A stretch of DNA of 64,000 bases from Asterias rubens (Eukaryota), in the NCBI RefSeq assembly GCF_902459465.1, contig NC_047062.1, positions 19,158,001 through 19,222,000 of the forward strand, in the 5' to 3' direction. The notes under the pieces are model-generated. The model was not told the origin of the DNA, ran no database searches, and saw nothing but the letters and a program-made list of their open reading frames with translations. A program made the translations under genes and the position numbers. Shown here one piece after another: positions 11,513-24,876 of this stretch. The stretch's first letter is position 1, and every line of letters starts with the position of its first letter.

Positions 11513-12600
11513 GAGAAGAGGGTCTAGCAATTAGAGGAGGTAGAATAGTCATGGATAGAAGGCAGAACCATATGAGAAGAGGGTCTAGCAATTATAGTTG
11601 CCGAGTAGAATAGTCAAGGATAGAAGGCAGATTCATATGAGAAGAGGGTCTAGCAATTACAGGAGGAAGAATAGTCAAGGATAGAAGGAAGATTCATATG
11701 AGAAGAGGGTCTAGCAATTAAAGGAGGTAGAATGGTCAAGGATAGAAGGAAGATTAATATGAGAAGAGGGTCTAGCAATTACAGGAGGTAGAATAGTCAA
11801 GGATAGAAGGCAAATTCATATGAGAAGAGGGTCTAGCAATTACAGGAGGAAGAATAGTCAAGGATAGAAGGCAGATTCATATGAGAAGAGGGTCTAGCAA
11901 TTACAGGAGGTAGAATAGTCAAGGATAGAAGGAAGATTCATATGAGAAGAGGGTCTAGCAATTACAGGAGGTAGAATAGTAAAGGATAGAAGGTAAGTTC
12001 ATATGAGAAGAGGGTCTAGCAATTAGAGAAGGCAGAATAGTCAAGGATAGAAGGCAGATTCATATGAGAAGAGGGTCTAGCAATTAAAGGAGGTAGAATA
12101 GTCAAGGATAGAAGGCAGATTCATATGAGAAGAGGGTCTAGCAGTTACAGGAGGAAGAATAGTCAAGGATAGAAGGAAGATTCATATGAGAAGAGGGTCT
12201 AGCAATTAGTCAAGGATAGAAGGAAGATTCATATGAGAAGAGGGTCTAGCAATTACAGGAGGTAGAATAGTCAAGGATAGAAGGCAAATTCATATGAGAA
12301 GAGGGTCTAGCAATTAGAGGAGGCAGAATAGTCAAGGATAGAAGGCAGATTCATATGAGAAGAGGGTCTAGCAATTAAAAGAGGTAGAATAGTCAAGGAT
12401 AGAAGGCAGATTCATATGAGAAGAGGGTCTAGCAATTAAAGGAGGTAGAATAGTCAAGGATAGAAGGCAGATTCATATGAGAAGGCAGATTCATATGAGA
12501 AGAGGGTCTAGCAATTAGAGGAGGTAGAATAGTCAAGGATAGAAGGCAGATTCACATGAGAAGAGGGTCTAACAATTAAAGGAGGGATGAATATAGTCAT
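11513..12600. repeat. 61-bp purine-rich minisatellite, about 18 copies
   Basis: Unit GAGAAGAGGGTCTAGCAATTACAGGAGGTAGAATAGTCAAGGATAGAAGGCAGATTCATAT. Period seen at 11761/11822. Confidence 0.95.
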
Positions 12601-13289
12601 CGGAAGAAGGTTAATTCATAGCTTTTGAGACCACAGAAGAGACGGAGGCAAGCATCCCATCCGCAGGTGCTAGGACTGATTAATGGTTCAACAGTTGCAG
12701 CAAAACCAAGTTAGTGTTAGAATGATGCCTTTTTAAATAAAAGCACAATCAGATGAAACGCAGAGCATGATGACTCAGTGCAAGGAAAGAGATCGCCAAA
12801 AAAAGTTGGCAAAAGAGTTAACAAACGGCAATGAACTGCAATGTTACTTTAATTTAGGCATAAATATTCCTCCTCCTACTTTAGTCTGATTTTCGATTTT
12901 TTTTGTTTTTGCCCTTAGAGAAATCAGAAAAATTGTGGTAAAATATGAGTAACAGGTGTTACACTTGTCACCAAAGGATACATTTAACAATTCTGAACCA
13001 AGCAAGCAGTCTTGGACTGAAGTTTCAGTTTCCTCCTACAAGTATATCGGTATCAATTTTGTTAGCAATTAGTTTGCAATGTCAGTGGGGACACTTGCAC
13101 CAAACTACAGTGGATAGTATGCAAGGGAGCAGTACATACCAACAGCATACACAATGATACACTACGTCACTACTCGGACAACACTAACAATAGAACAGTC
13201 TCGTCACGTAGAAAATGCAGTAAATGGCCACATTCTTAAGTTCTACTCTCCTCAATATTCAGTCATCTAGCTGCTACGACTTCATAACT

Positions 13290-13490
13290 TACCATATGAC
13301 GGAAAAAAGACGACAGTCGAGGTCTCTAAACTTCAATTTTCCTTACATCAATCTGAAGTAGTTGAAATTTGTATCTGACTACATCTCGGCCATCTTTTGA
13401 GTTTAGCGCGGGGGTCATGCGCACTATCGGCAACCCGTCTCTTTTTCAGTAAAACGCGCTTGCGCCCTCTCTGCCTTGATTTCCATGGGC
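13290..13490 (-). promoter_or_regulatory. CpG-rich candidate promoter and first exon of the unidentified gene
   Basis: Local CpG enrichment, YY1-like AAGATGGCCG on the minus strand, and a strong donor ATG|gtaagt at 13295-13287. Confidence 0.35.
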
Positions 13491-14236
13491 ATAAGTTTTT
13501 TTTAAAGAATGCCTCAGATTATTCAGTGTTTTACTGAAGAAATTGGAACAACAAACAATAGATACAAAATAGTGCCCGATGCTCATACTAATTTGTTTAC
13601 TGTATATATTTAATTTCTGTTTGGTTTTCTTTAGGAACACACAAAATATTGTTGAAAAGAAAGAGAAAACCCCAAATGTCAAGGTCATAGATGGAGGGAG
13701 TCATGTGTTAAAGCAAAATGTTCAGCTTTGAATACATGGGTCTATCAATTGTTTTTGTTCCCCCCCCCCCTCAATTTGTGCAGGCATATAGGCCTATAGC
13801 TTTAGTTAATAGTTAGGAACAATTTTTATCAAAAAGGGCTTTGGATTGATGTGTGGTTGGGGTATATAGGGGCATTGTGAAAGTATGAAACCTTTACATA
13901 TTTGTTTATATATTTATTTATTTATTTGTTTATTTTTTGTATTTATTTATTACATTATTCAACCCCTCCCGCACCCAAAACACACAAGGCCTACCTATTT
14001 AGACCAATCCAAGGATACGACTAAAGTTTGCTTTGTTTTACTGTATTGTAAAAGAAGGCATACAACTAGCAGATGTATTCAGGATATAACTTTGCAATGT
14101 TTTGTTTTATTTATTTTGCTGTCTTTTTTTTGTGGGCACAATCACAATTTTGTTGTGGGGGCGGGGGGAGGGGGATTTGTGAACTTTGTATAGACCCTTG
14201 CATTGGCCGCCATCTTTGATGAAACAGGCACACATA

Positions 14237-14471
14237 GGGTGCGTTCGTTTAGCTTCCCTGGGCCGAAACCGGTCTGCCCCGGTACGTTCGAATAGCTTTG
14301 ACGGGGCTCACACCTGAGTCAGCCCCCAGTGCCCTGCTTGCGGAGTGGGTCACTTGGGGGTGACCTGAGGTGCATGCCGTCACCACGAGAGGGCGAGTGT
14401 GATTGTTCGATCAGCTCTTGTCAGGGGCTCGCCCGGGTGGGCACCGCGGGGTAGACCCAGGGAAGCTAAAC
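14237..14471. mobile_element. GC-rich PIF/Harbinger-like MITE with truncated right TIR
   Basis: Left end GGGTGCGTTCGTTTAGCTTCCCTGGG. Right end CCCAGGGAAGCTAAACG lacks the outer 9 bp. Confidence 0.7.
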
Positions 14472-14782
14472 GTTGGCTGAGAGTTGTGCGCGCGCGCACT
14501 CGTACAATGTTCTTCATTAAAATATGGTGATCAATGACATCAAATGCAATCCTTCTAAAAAGAATCTCCAAGGGTATATAGGTTGATAAACTGTATATAC
14601 TTGCGATCAAATGCAAATTTCAAGACTTTCAAGTCTAGGCAACAACTCTGGGTATTTGTTTTGTCTTGTTTTTATTTTCAAGTTTTGTTTTTAATAACAC
14701 CATGCCATTGGTTGAGTTTTACAGGTCTCTGCATTTTATTTTCAAAATCAAGAACTACCCCATAGATTGTAAACACTTACAT

Positions 14783-14981
14783 CAGGGCCCAATTTCATAG
14801 AGCTGCTTAAGCAGAAAATGCTGCTTAAAAATCCCTGTTTAGCAATAGTGAGCCGGATACCAGTCACAAATTGTGCATGTGACATGGTATTTTAGCTGGT
14901 AGCTTTATTCTGGTAAGCACAATTAATTTTTTTGTGCTTAGCTAATTTGTATGCTTAAGCAGCTCTATGAAAGTGGCCCTG
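14783..14981. mobile_element. MITE with GGCCCAATTTCAT TIRs and CWG flanks
   Basis: TIR GGCCCAATTTCATAGAGCTGCTTAAGCA versus TGCTTAAGCAGCTCTATGAAAGTGGCC. Relatives at 30844 and about 16350-16520. Confidence 0.85.
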
Positions 14982-17226
14982 TACTCAATCTTACTTATAA
15001 TCTCACACCAACCATCTACACTATGTACAATTTTTAAACCTTCAATTAACATGTTGAAATAAAAATAAACTGTAAAGCTATGACAAAAATCTCACCTAAA
15101 CATAGTTTGTATATAACACCTTTATCCTGCAGTAGCCATGTTGGCCATTTTTCACTGTACGCATTTAACAGTCAGGAATACTTATGTCCATTACACAGTA
15201 TGGAGCTACACTCTTTTGCCCTTCAAGCCTCAGTTGGGTTACATTCATTAAAATGAGAGGAAAGCAAGATGGCTACACTGTGATAAAGATCTATAAACCT
15301 GCACAAACATTCCAATGAATTTGTTTTTATACCTTTCTTTTAAACTTTCAAGCAGTATTTGTAAACCTATATTGTCCTTGACTTTACACTTTACATAAAA
15401 ACAACAACCAGAAAACAACCACGGGTCCCTGTAGTAAACAATTACAATAATAATAAACACACAAAGCACTGTATTTCACAAGCATGGCTTCTTAAGATAA
15501 ATTGAAAAGTTAGCAAAGAAAGAGTAGTATTGTGAAAACAACAAAAAGGCTACCATCTTCTTATCCATCATTATGGCATAAATTTCAGAAGGTATACTGC
15601 TTGAAGCTAATTTTAAAAAAAGAAACACACACAAGTAACAAGCTTCTCAATTTGATTGAGTTTAGGTAAATAAAGCACATGATAAAATAGCAGTGGTTTA
15701 ATTTCAACAAAGTTCTGCAATATAAATTGTATATTTGGTCTTGGGCATCTCTTTAAATTTCTTATAAAGTGTATTTAAAAAAAAACTCTCTTAAACTTAA
15801 TCCAAACCTTTTTAATTACATCTCCCAAATTCTAAAATCCGATTCCCTACCTATTAAAGGTGGGTACATGCAGCTTGTTTGAATGCGAACCAACATTAAT
15901 GATGATTTGAAGTACAGTTTTTTGCCAAACCCAAACAATTTAAAACTTACCAAGTCAGTTTCCTTTGTGGTTTATTACTTAACAAATTACACCAATTCAA
16001 AATCTAATGCATTGATGTCATCCGGCTGCCTTCTTAAAGAAACAACAGTGATCAAACAATGGAAAACGCATAAGCCTAGAAGTTTATAAAACTCCTTTAT
16101 AGAAGGAGTGCTTCTTAAAAGGAGACTTCCATGCAGCCTATCATATAGCCTACCAGGAACACAGGGTGTACCCCTTCAAAGTGCACTTGCTTATACGTGT
16201 GACAATTAACATCAAGGTCTATATTAGGCATACATAATATTTCACCTACCGACTTTACACCATACTTTGTATTTGTTCTTTGCCATGTACGTAATCTGTT
16301 CATTTTAGACACAATTGTGTATGAAACAAATTTCAACCAATTAAATTACATGTCCTTAGCAGAAATTAATGCTGGTAAATTTTCCTGCTGAGCAAAAATG
16401 AGAAGAGAACATGTCATAAACATTATACATTATATGATAGGTTGGCTAGTAAACTGTGTCTGTTTTCTGTGCTAAGCAATGTATTTGTCTGCTTAACGGC
16501 TTAATAAAGTTGAGCCCAGGAAAGTAACACAGATTGTTAATCAAAAGTGATTAACTGACCTCAGCAGTAAACATGTCAACCATTGGGAAACGACCCAAAT
16601 TGTTGTTAGGTTCATGTTGAATTGAACATTAGGGTTCCAATTACTAAAATTGGCAACTTATACTTCTTTAAAACGCCATCTTTTCAAGAATTCATCTTTC
16701 CCAACTTTTAAATGCTTGGTCAAAATGTTGGAGTAAAATGCTGACGGTTACATTTGTTGTACCTGGTGATATATGAACGATTTATTAAATGTACCAAACA
16801 TTTCTAAATTTTACTGAAATATCCCTTTTTTATTGGTCAGACACAGAACCGTTGAAGACTTTTATTGTCTAGAGACAGCAAAGCTACAGGGTAAATTTCA
16901 GTCATAATTCTGAGAATGCACACACCTTTAAGAATGACACATTTTTCTTCCACTCAATCTAGGCCTACTCACCCCCCACCCTTCTGAAAAACAAAATCCA
17001 ATTTAATTCCAGTCCTCTTAATATATAGATCTAAATAGCCTACAATTTTTCTAAAACTTTACAAATAGTAACCACAATACCTCTAATGGCTGTGTTGTTT
17101 TTGTAGTCAATGCTGTGAAGTAATTCTGGAATGGCCGACAAAAATTACTGTGTGTTTGTCATAATTCTACTGACAGTCGAGAGAGTTGTGTAAAATATAT
17201 GTAGATCACCAGCAAAATGGACTTAA

Positions 17227-17570
17227 AGGCCTTGGACACCTTTGGACATTGTCAAAGACCAGTATTCTCACTTGGTGTGTATCCCAACACATGCATAAAA
17301 TAACAAACCTGTGAAAATTTGGACTCAATTGGTCATCAAAATTGCAAGAAAATAATTAAAGAAAAACACCCTAGTTGCACAAAATTTGTGTGCGTTCTGA
17401 TTCCTAAAATAGGCTTCATTGAAGTCTCTTAACATTTGAGTGAGAAATTACCTCTTTCTAAAAAACTTCAGCGGAAGCCGTTTCTCACAATGTTTTATAC
17501 TATTAACATTACCAAGTAAGTTTTTATGCTAACAATTATTTTGAGTAATTACCAATAGTGTCCAGTGCCT
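17227..17570. mobile_element. Kolobok/T2-like MITE (family A)
   Basis: TTAA-AGGC...GTGTCCAGTGCCT-TTAA. Confidence 0.85.
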
Positions 17571-20110
17571 TTAATTGGTTTTAAAAGAGTTCTGAAACAT
17601 CAGGGAGGAACAGTTTTTTAAACCAGAAGAGGAATGTCAACAAATAATTAATTTTGTTTTGTTTTTAGATTATAATAATTGTTGGTTAATTTTTATATAT
17701 AAATTTGTTTCTGTCAGTTCTCCCTACTTTTCAAAAGTGTTCATATAATATTTGTGTATATACAAATTCATGTGTTGGATTTGCAAAAGGCTTTTCTGTT
17801 TTATGTGGTCATTCATTTGTTAATCAAGATTAATTGATACAAAAGTACTTCCTGAAATTGTCATTAGAACTCATTTCTCAAGATTTGGGGGTCACAGAAA
17901 TATTGCACTTATTTTATCAGGGTTTATTCCCATCTTTAAAAATCTTCTAAAAAGTGGCATAAAACATTTAAAAAAAAACAAAAAAAACTAAAATAGACAA
18001 TAATGGAATTCGTTGCAATGCATAAAAAGAAAAACAGCTGCATTTAGAATAACTGGTCCATAAAACACACAACACTTTCAAGGCATGAACATGTTCTTTT
18101 CTATAAAGGCATTGGTCAATTTTTGCTACAATTAGACTTCACTGCAAATGACTTAAGCTGTTATAAACCATTCAGACAAACAGACAGACAGGCAGACAAA
18201 CAGACAGATAAACAAACATGTGCTGGTTCAATATCAATGTCAAGTTTAAGTGTGCCCGATATAATAACAGTTAAATCAAGGGCACTTTTGGGTTTGAAAT
18301 AATCCAAACATACCTTTTTTCCTTAATACTAAGAGGTAATGGAGCAGTCAGACATGCATGTCGGGTGATTTTGTTTTGAACAAAACAATATGACAATTTC
18401 CTTTAATTTAGCAGTTAACTAAAGAAGACATTATATCCCTTTACCAGAGCTTGAAGCACTCTATAGTTGGTGCTTGAGATAGAGCAAAAACAAAATACAA
18501 CGTTATGAAATTGCAGTGATTTGTAGCCACACTCAATCTGCAGTGATTCAAAATGATAGTTAAAGCCAGAGGCACTATTGCAGACTTTTGTTGAACAAAG
18601 TTTTCAAATTATAGTGATATTTTAAAGTAGTATTTTTGGCACTAAGCTCCATTAAGCAGAGTTGGAAGCAACACATTGTGATACTTTAATGGCTCCTAGT
18701 TTAAATCACCATGAACTTATACAAATCTATACGGACCTTCCTAGTTTCCTCTATATCACATCTACATACCTTGAGTTAAAGACCATTTGACAAAGATTGA
18801 ATACATCAACAGAGAAACTCATCAAGGTAATCCACTGCTCATTTGCAAAAACATCCCATTTGATGAAAATAATATTTTCAGTTTAATTTTCCTTAAAGTA
18901 CTGTGTAAGGGCATTTCCCCCCTTTTTAGAAACCTTTCAAGCTTTGATAAAATTAATATAAACTAAAAACTTCAAAATAATGTTTTATACACAAAATCAA
19001 GATTCATTTTAATCTTTAAGATAATAGTTAAAAGAGTTTGTGCTAATCTGGCAAAGCATGTGGCAGGCAAGAGTAGCTTCTGCTCATCAAGCAATCCACG
19101 TCTGAAAACCACTGTTTCGATATCCTTCCAGTCACTCTATCCCCAAATATTGTAAACAAAAATTGACAGTTTCTATTTTTGTCATTCAGATAAAATACAA
19201 ACTTTCATTTTAAATTGCTTTCTGTAACATGAAGTTTCGGGTATTGAAACTACGATGTGAAAGCATCCCTGATATTTTTCTTTGAGCATGAACATTTCCA
19301 AGCTGGCCAAAGTCAATGTATTTTAATGATCTCCTTATAATTACCACAAAGTGGCCAGACACCGCCAAGTAATTTCTTTAAACAGTTAAGTTGTTCACCG
19401 AAAATAACATGAAACAGAAAATTTGGTCTTGTGTTTAGAGATTGGGATACCATGTTAACTGGAAAATTTCATATCCGAACAAGACCTTTACATTTATGTG
19501 AATGGAAGTAGATCAAATTGCGGCTGTTGCAGAGATTTGTATATGCCACTTGGCCGCTTTGGTCTCTATGTAGCTCCTCTGAAGCCCCCTTAACTGGTCC
19601 ATTCAACCAATATATGGCTACATAAATGTTGCACTTTTAGAGTTTATATTAAGCCCATGCATTGCCATTAAAAATAAAAATTGCTTTGATCAGCGCAGGT
19701 GCTGGGAGATACCCCCAGTTACCCCCTCTTTTTCATCCCATACACCCACTACAATATTTTCCCTGATGGCCGATATTGAGTTCAACCCCAAATCATTGCA
19801 CCCACATTAATCAAATTATGTTCACCTTACCCCCGCTCAAGAATAATGCTGGTGTTGTGGTAGGTCAATGCTATTTTGGCAGTACAAAATAACATTAAAG
19901 ATCAATGTTTGCCCCTTAACATTTAAACTATGCCCCCCCCCCCCCCTCCAAAGGTGTGATGCCATCGCTTATATTGGTCAATCATATGTCATGAGAGTAT
20001 GAGAAATCCTCTACTTTCTCACAAGGCAATATTTTGCTTTTGGTCAGTATAAAACAAAAGGAAGAGAACCAGAAAGAAATCCTCTTAGGTTTTTTAGGCT
20101 TGATCTAACA

Positions 20111-21480
20111 TCAAACTTTTGTGTTGGTACCCTTAGTTGCATCATCCAGGCATCCTCTATCATGGATAACTTGTAATCCCGAATCGGGGGCAGTAGGGTA
20201 TCCCATCTTGGCAGCATGGTAGTATGGATGTGGGGCTCCTCCCGATGTCACATTGGTATGCAGCAGGGACATGTTGGCATAACTTCCCATGTTATTGTAC
20301 GAGAGGTCCATGGGCATGTCATGGGCACTGCGGAAGTTCTTGTAGGGGTCGCTGTAGGGACTGCTTTGGTATCCATGAGCTGCTAGATTCACGGGGTTTG
20401 CGTATTGTTGGAAGTTAGAGTACTGCCCATAGTTAGCGTAAGGCATTCCTGCATATGCTGTTGACACAGCTGTTATAACCCTGGGATGGGTATTGTACAA
20501 GTGTTCAGTCTTCGTGGAGGCTGGGCAGTCTATTTCAGTGTTATTGGCAGGGTGTGATTTGCTGAGGATTGTCGGACCAGGATGATGGCTGACGAGTTCC
20601 ACTTCGGGACTGACCGCTGGTTGATGGAAGCCCTTGTTGACAGGTAGCGGGTTGTTGTTATTACTAGTCAGCATCGTGGGTATGGAATCCGTAGTGTAGT
20701 GTTTGGGCTTGGTGTCGCTCAACGAGCTGACTGGTGGAAGCACAAATTGGGACTGGCAAGTATCTGATAGGGGTGGGGTCAGAAGGGAATCAGGGGGCTT
20801 GGGACTACACCCGGAGCCCCCCTTACAGTATGACCCTTTAGGGATAACAATCCTGTCCTCTGTTCCTACTTGCCTACTACTCACTCCTACTTCTGTATAG
20901 CTCCTTGACACCTCAGGTTCTCTGGGCACCTCCCTGTTGGGTGGGTTATCCCATCCTTCATTAGCCCGGCTCCCAGTACCTTGACTCCCATTGCTGTACG
21001 AGTCTGAGTCTCTTCCATTGCTATTCACAGACTGATCAAGTGGAGAAATGTAGCCTGGCGAGGGCTCACTCTCAATTGTCTCACAGCCTTGGCAGCCAGC
21101 ATCACTGCTGGCAACAGTCACTGGGCTCACAACCGCATTGTCCTCCAGTGACTGCCGCAGGTGCTGATCTTCCATCACCTTCTTTGGTTTTCTAGCATTG
21201 CTGTGGGGCGGACATTTATTACCCTCTTGACGTTTCAATCCTGACCCCTCCACAATGACTGATTTCAGTTCCGAGGGATCGGCAGCGACGATAGAGGGTT
21301 TGTCCGTAATGTCTTGACTGCTTTGTTTGTGTTTCTTGGAGTCCCTCTGGTCACCGTGGGCCTTCCGTTTCCTGAAGCGTGACAGAGATTTGCCTCGACT
21401 TGCTGTGATTTCTTGATGGCCAGTCTTCTTTGGATACTTTGGTGTCTTCTCCATCTTGGATGTTTTGCCCTTGCTGTCAT
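20111..21480 (-). CDS. NPAS3: NPAS1/3 (trachealess) ortholog, exon 11: low-complexity C-terminal region with bipartite NLS-like RKRK...KKHK and a PMDLS motif
   Basis: Acceptor atattttgaag at 21481. Phase 1 joins exon 10. The 447-aa ORF in the track ends at TGA 20111. Confidence 0.9.
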
Positions 21481-21906
21481 CTTCAAAATATTAACAAAAG
21501 AAAACTTTTACCAAGGGAGAAATACTAAGTTGGCTAAGAATTCAAAATGTATAAATTAGATTATCAACATGTCCTTCATCTTCGATCTTTTAACCTTCTG
21601 AGCTGTGACAATACATTGCAAGGTAATAGAAACTTTTAAGAAATATTTCTTGACAAGAAAAAAATTGTGTCACAATAGATTGATCACAGTACATGAACCG
21701 AAAAAGATTATCACATTCTGATCAAAGCATACTGACAAAATTTGATCTCTTACAAGATTGTCCAACATTGTGCTACTGCAAACCACAACAGTGGTGCACT
21801 CAAGTTTTTTCTCCAGGGGCAATGTTTCTCCTGAACAGTTTTGGATGGTATGGGATGTGGGTAGGAAGCTCAGTATGTGATGGGTTGGTCTGAGGGTCAT
21901 TGTTAA

Positions 21907-22265
21907 AGCCATTGGACACTTTCGGAACAGAAAAAAAAAGTTCACAGATTTACAAATAACTTACAGGGTTTACAGAAGGTAATGGTGAAAGACTTCTCTT
22001 GAAATATTATTCCATGAAATGCTTTACTTTTTGAGAAAACATTAAAACAATTATCAATTCTCGATATCGAGAACTACGGATTTATTTTAAACACATGTCA
22101 TGACGCGGCGAATCGTGCGGAAACAATGATGGGTTTTCCCGTTATTTTCTCCCGACTCCGATGACCGATTGAGCCTAAATTTTAACAGGTTTGTTATTTT
22201 ATAAGTTGTGATACAAGAAGTGTGGGCCTTTGGACAATACTGTTTACCGAAAGTGTCCAATGGCT
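21907..22265. mobile_element. Kolobok/T2-like MITE (family C)
   Basis: TTAA-AGCCATTGGACACTTTCGG...CCGAAAGTGTCCAATGGCT-TTAA, perfect 19-bp TIR. Confidence 0.9.
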
Positions 22266-22408
22266 TTAAGGGGGAAGCTACAGGGTGTGTTTTGCAAAGC
22301 TTTGCAGGTCTAAAGAAAATGCATCCCTGGAAATTATTAAACAACCAACTTTTCTAGCCCTCGTCATCTAATGTTCTATTATGAGAAATAATAGTTGTCT
22401 CTGCTTAC

Positions 22409-22533
22409 CTGTGCTAGTGTTTTCTGTATCTGACTCATGGCCTGACCCTTCAGATGCCTCTGATTTGATGGGATCTGGAGGAAGGGAATTCATTTGACTA
22501 ATGTCCATGACGGTGTCCATAGCCTCAGCATGA
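22409..22533 (-). CDS. NPAS3: NPAS1/3 ortholog, exon 10 (SHAEAMDTVMDISQM...ENTST)
   Basis: tcacag acceptor, G|gtaagc donor, phase 2 to 1. Confidence 0.88.
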
Positions 22534-22815
22534 CTGTGATTTAAACAATTAACAGAAGATAAAAAAAGGGTGTCACAGTTGAAATCAAAAACATAGAATT
22601 CCTAAGTCAAAGGGCTGGGAGTATGTGAGATATTCTTGTCTGTAATTCTTTCCTTCATGAATCAACATTTTAGTGATGGTATTTGTATAATAATAACCGG
22701 ATTTATAGAGCGCCAAATTACCAAAGGATGCAAGGCACTTCAGTGATTGTGCAAACTTTTCACAATTTTTCTGAGAGTTATTTCCAACTCTACCGGGAAA
22801 AAAAATAACAATTAA

Positions 22816-23193
22816 AGGAACTCGTTGCCTTGGATCGGTCGAGTTGGTCTTTGAAAAGCGTTTGAAACAGTAAAAGAATGCATTTGGGTAGAAAGATGTT
22901 GTAATAGTAGAATATAATGTTCCACACAAACATGCCTCGAAATTGCACAGTTTTCCTTTAACCTCATCGACTAACACGGTCGGCCATTTATGGGAGTCAA
23001 ATTTTTGACTCCCATAAATGGCCGACCGTGTTAGTTCGCACAGTAAAAGGAAAACCACGCAATTTCGAGGCAAACTTGTGTGGATCATTGTATTCTACTT
23101 TTAAAACATCTTTCCAACCATATGCATTTTATAAACAACGGTTACAAACGCTTTTTATAAACCAATTGGTCCGATCCAAGGCAACGTGTTCCT
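22816..23193. mobile_element. TTAA-flanked MITE (family D) with a 32-bp internal palindrome
   Basis: TIR AGGAAC.CGTTGCCTTGGATCGG. Second copy at 57525-57907. Confidence 0.9.
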
Positions 23194-23345
23194 TAAAAAC
23201 ATTAGATAAGCTGTATGAACAGTTAACGTGTGCATCACCTATGCCATTATGTGGTTTGTAAGAAACCACAAAATATGAGGAGACAAAGAAAAAAGAGCAC
23301 AAATGGCAAAAATTTGTGTGATTGGAGCCATCTTTGAAACGTTAC

Positions 23346-23490
23346 CTGATGACCTGGTTGATAAACATAAAGGATCGATCATTTGAGGTCCTTGCATACG
23401 CCAGGGTGGCTGTGGACTGGATCCAGATGTAGCCCCCGGACTTGCACATCCAGCGGTAATATCTCGTTATCATCTGACCTTTGTTTAGCA
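23346..23490 (-). CDS. NPAS3: NPAS1/3 ortholog, exon 9, PAS-B/PAC (LLNKGQMITRYYRWMCKSGGYIWIQSTAT...)
   Basis: Canonical PAC motif KGQ..T.YYRW....GGYIWIQS. GT-AG, phase 1 to 2. Confidence 0.95.
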
Positions 23491-24876
23491 CTGGAAATAT
23501 TTAGAAACAACAATAGCTATCTTCATTCTACATTCATGTCTTGTTTCTTTATATTTTTGTTTAGCAGAAAGTTCCAGGATAAAATGAGAAATAAGTAAAT
23601 CGAAAACACTAACAAAAAAAGATGCAAGTACTCTAAAAGGAGGACAACAAAAACTACTACAAAATAAACATAAACAGAAGTTATAGCATTGGATTTATAC
23701 ATTTATGTCTAATTGTTTCTTTTAAACTTTGTTTCGGAGAAAATTGCATGATGTATAACGATAACTTTTTTTAAATGAGGAACTAGTGAAAAATTACTAA
23801 AACGAGAACACTAAGTAAGTAGACCTACGTTAACATGAGAAAAACAAAAACTACTACAAAATAGTACAAGTGTATGTAAACATAAAAAGGAGTTATAGCA
23901 TTAGATTATAAATTAATATAAATATTGAGGATTCAAACGAAGGAACCATTATACAAAATAAAAAATATTCTTCAGCGAATCATGCAGCATGGATAATGCT
24001 CGCCTGTTTGTATGAAAGTATGTTTCTACAAGCAGTATTATGGAATGAAGACAACTTTAGTAAATCACTGCATGATAACAGCGCCCTCTTGTGGTTTGAA
24101 AATTCTGGCTCTAACGAGGTTGTTTGGACCATACCGATTTTCAACAATTTTTAAAATAATGCTTCATGTTTTCTAGTGACGCTTGCAGAGACATAGTGTA
24201 CATAAAACTCAGTCTTTAGGTTATAGTGGTTCCGAAAGGAACCAGTGGTCCGATGAAACCACGACTCATGGAGGGATTTATTCACGTACGTGGTGTCTCA
24301 GCAACTCACTAGATTGTATTCCACTATGCAAAGTTTCAAATCCTGCTTTATCAAATCCTCACTTGATGCAAAGCTGCTCTCAATATTATGATTATAAAAG
24401 TTAATGGCATTTCTTGTGCACCATCTCCATCCGAGGATGTTCGAAGGCGCAAATCACAAGAAAGAAATCATAACACATTACAGCAAATTACAATTAATAA
24501 AAATAACATTAAAAAAACAGACCGAAAAGTCTATACAAATGCAACAAAAGAAAAAATAATACATAAAGATCATAAAACTGACACCCTCACCCCATGTAAG
24601 GGGGAACAAAACACTTTTAAAGTGCAATAACAGTTCATAAGCTTCCAGGAACAAGTGAGTCTTTAATCTCAGCCTTGAAGAACCCCAGCGAATTAACCCC
24701 CAAATTCAGTTCAGGTGGATACCGTTTTGCCAATTCATCTTCTGTTGATAGTTTTCATCAACTGCTCTTGACTTGATTGAGGTTCAAACACAAAAAGTAA
24801 AGCATTTCGTTGGTTACTGTTTCAGAAATTCCCAAATACGGAGTAACAGGAACCAATGAGTTGTCTCTCTACTTAC

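Noticed and set aside
22585-23261. 167-aa and 77-aa ORFs, and the similar ORF at 57602-57802
   Set aside because: They derive from the palindromic family D MITE and show no protein-family features.
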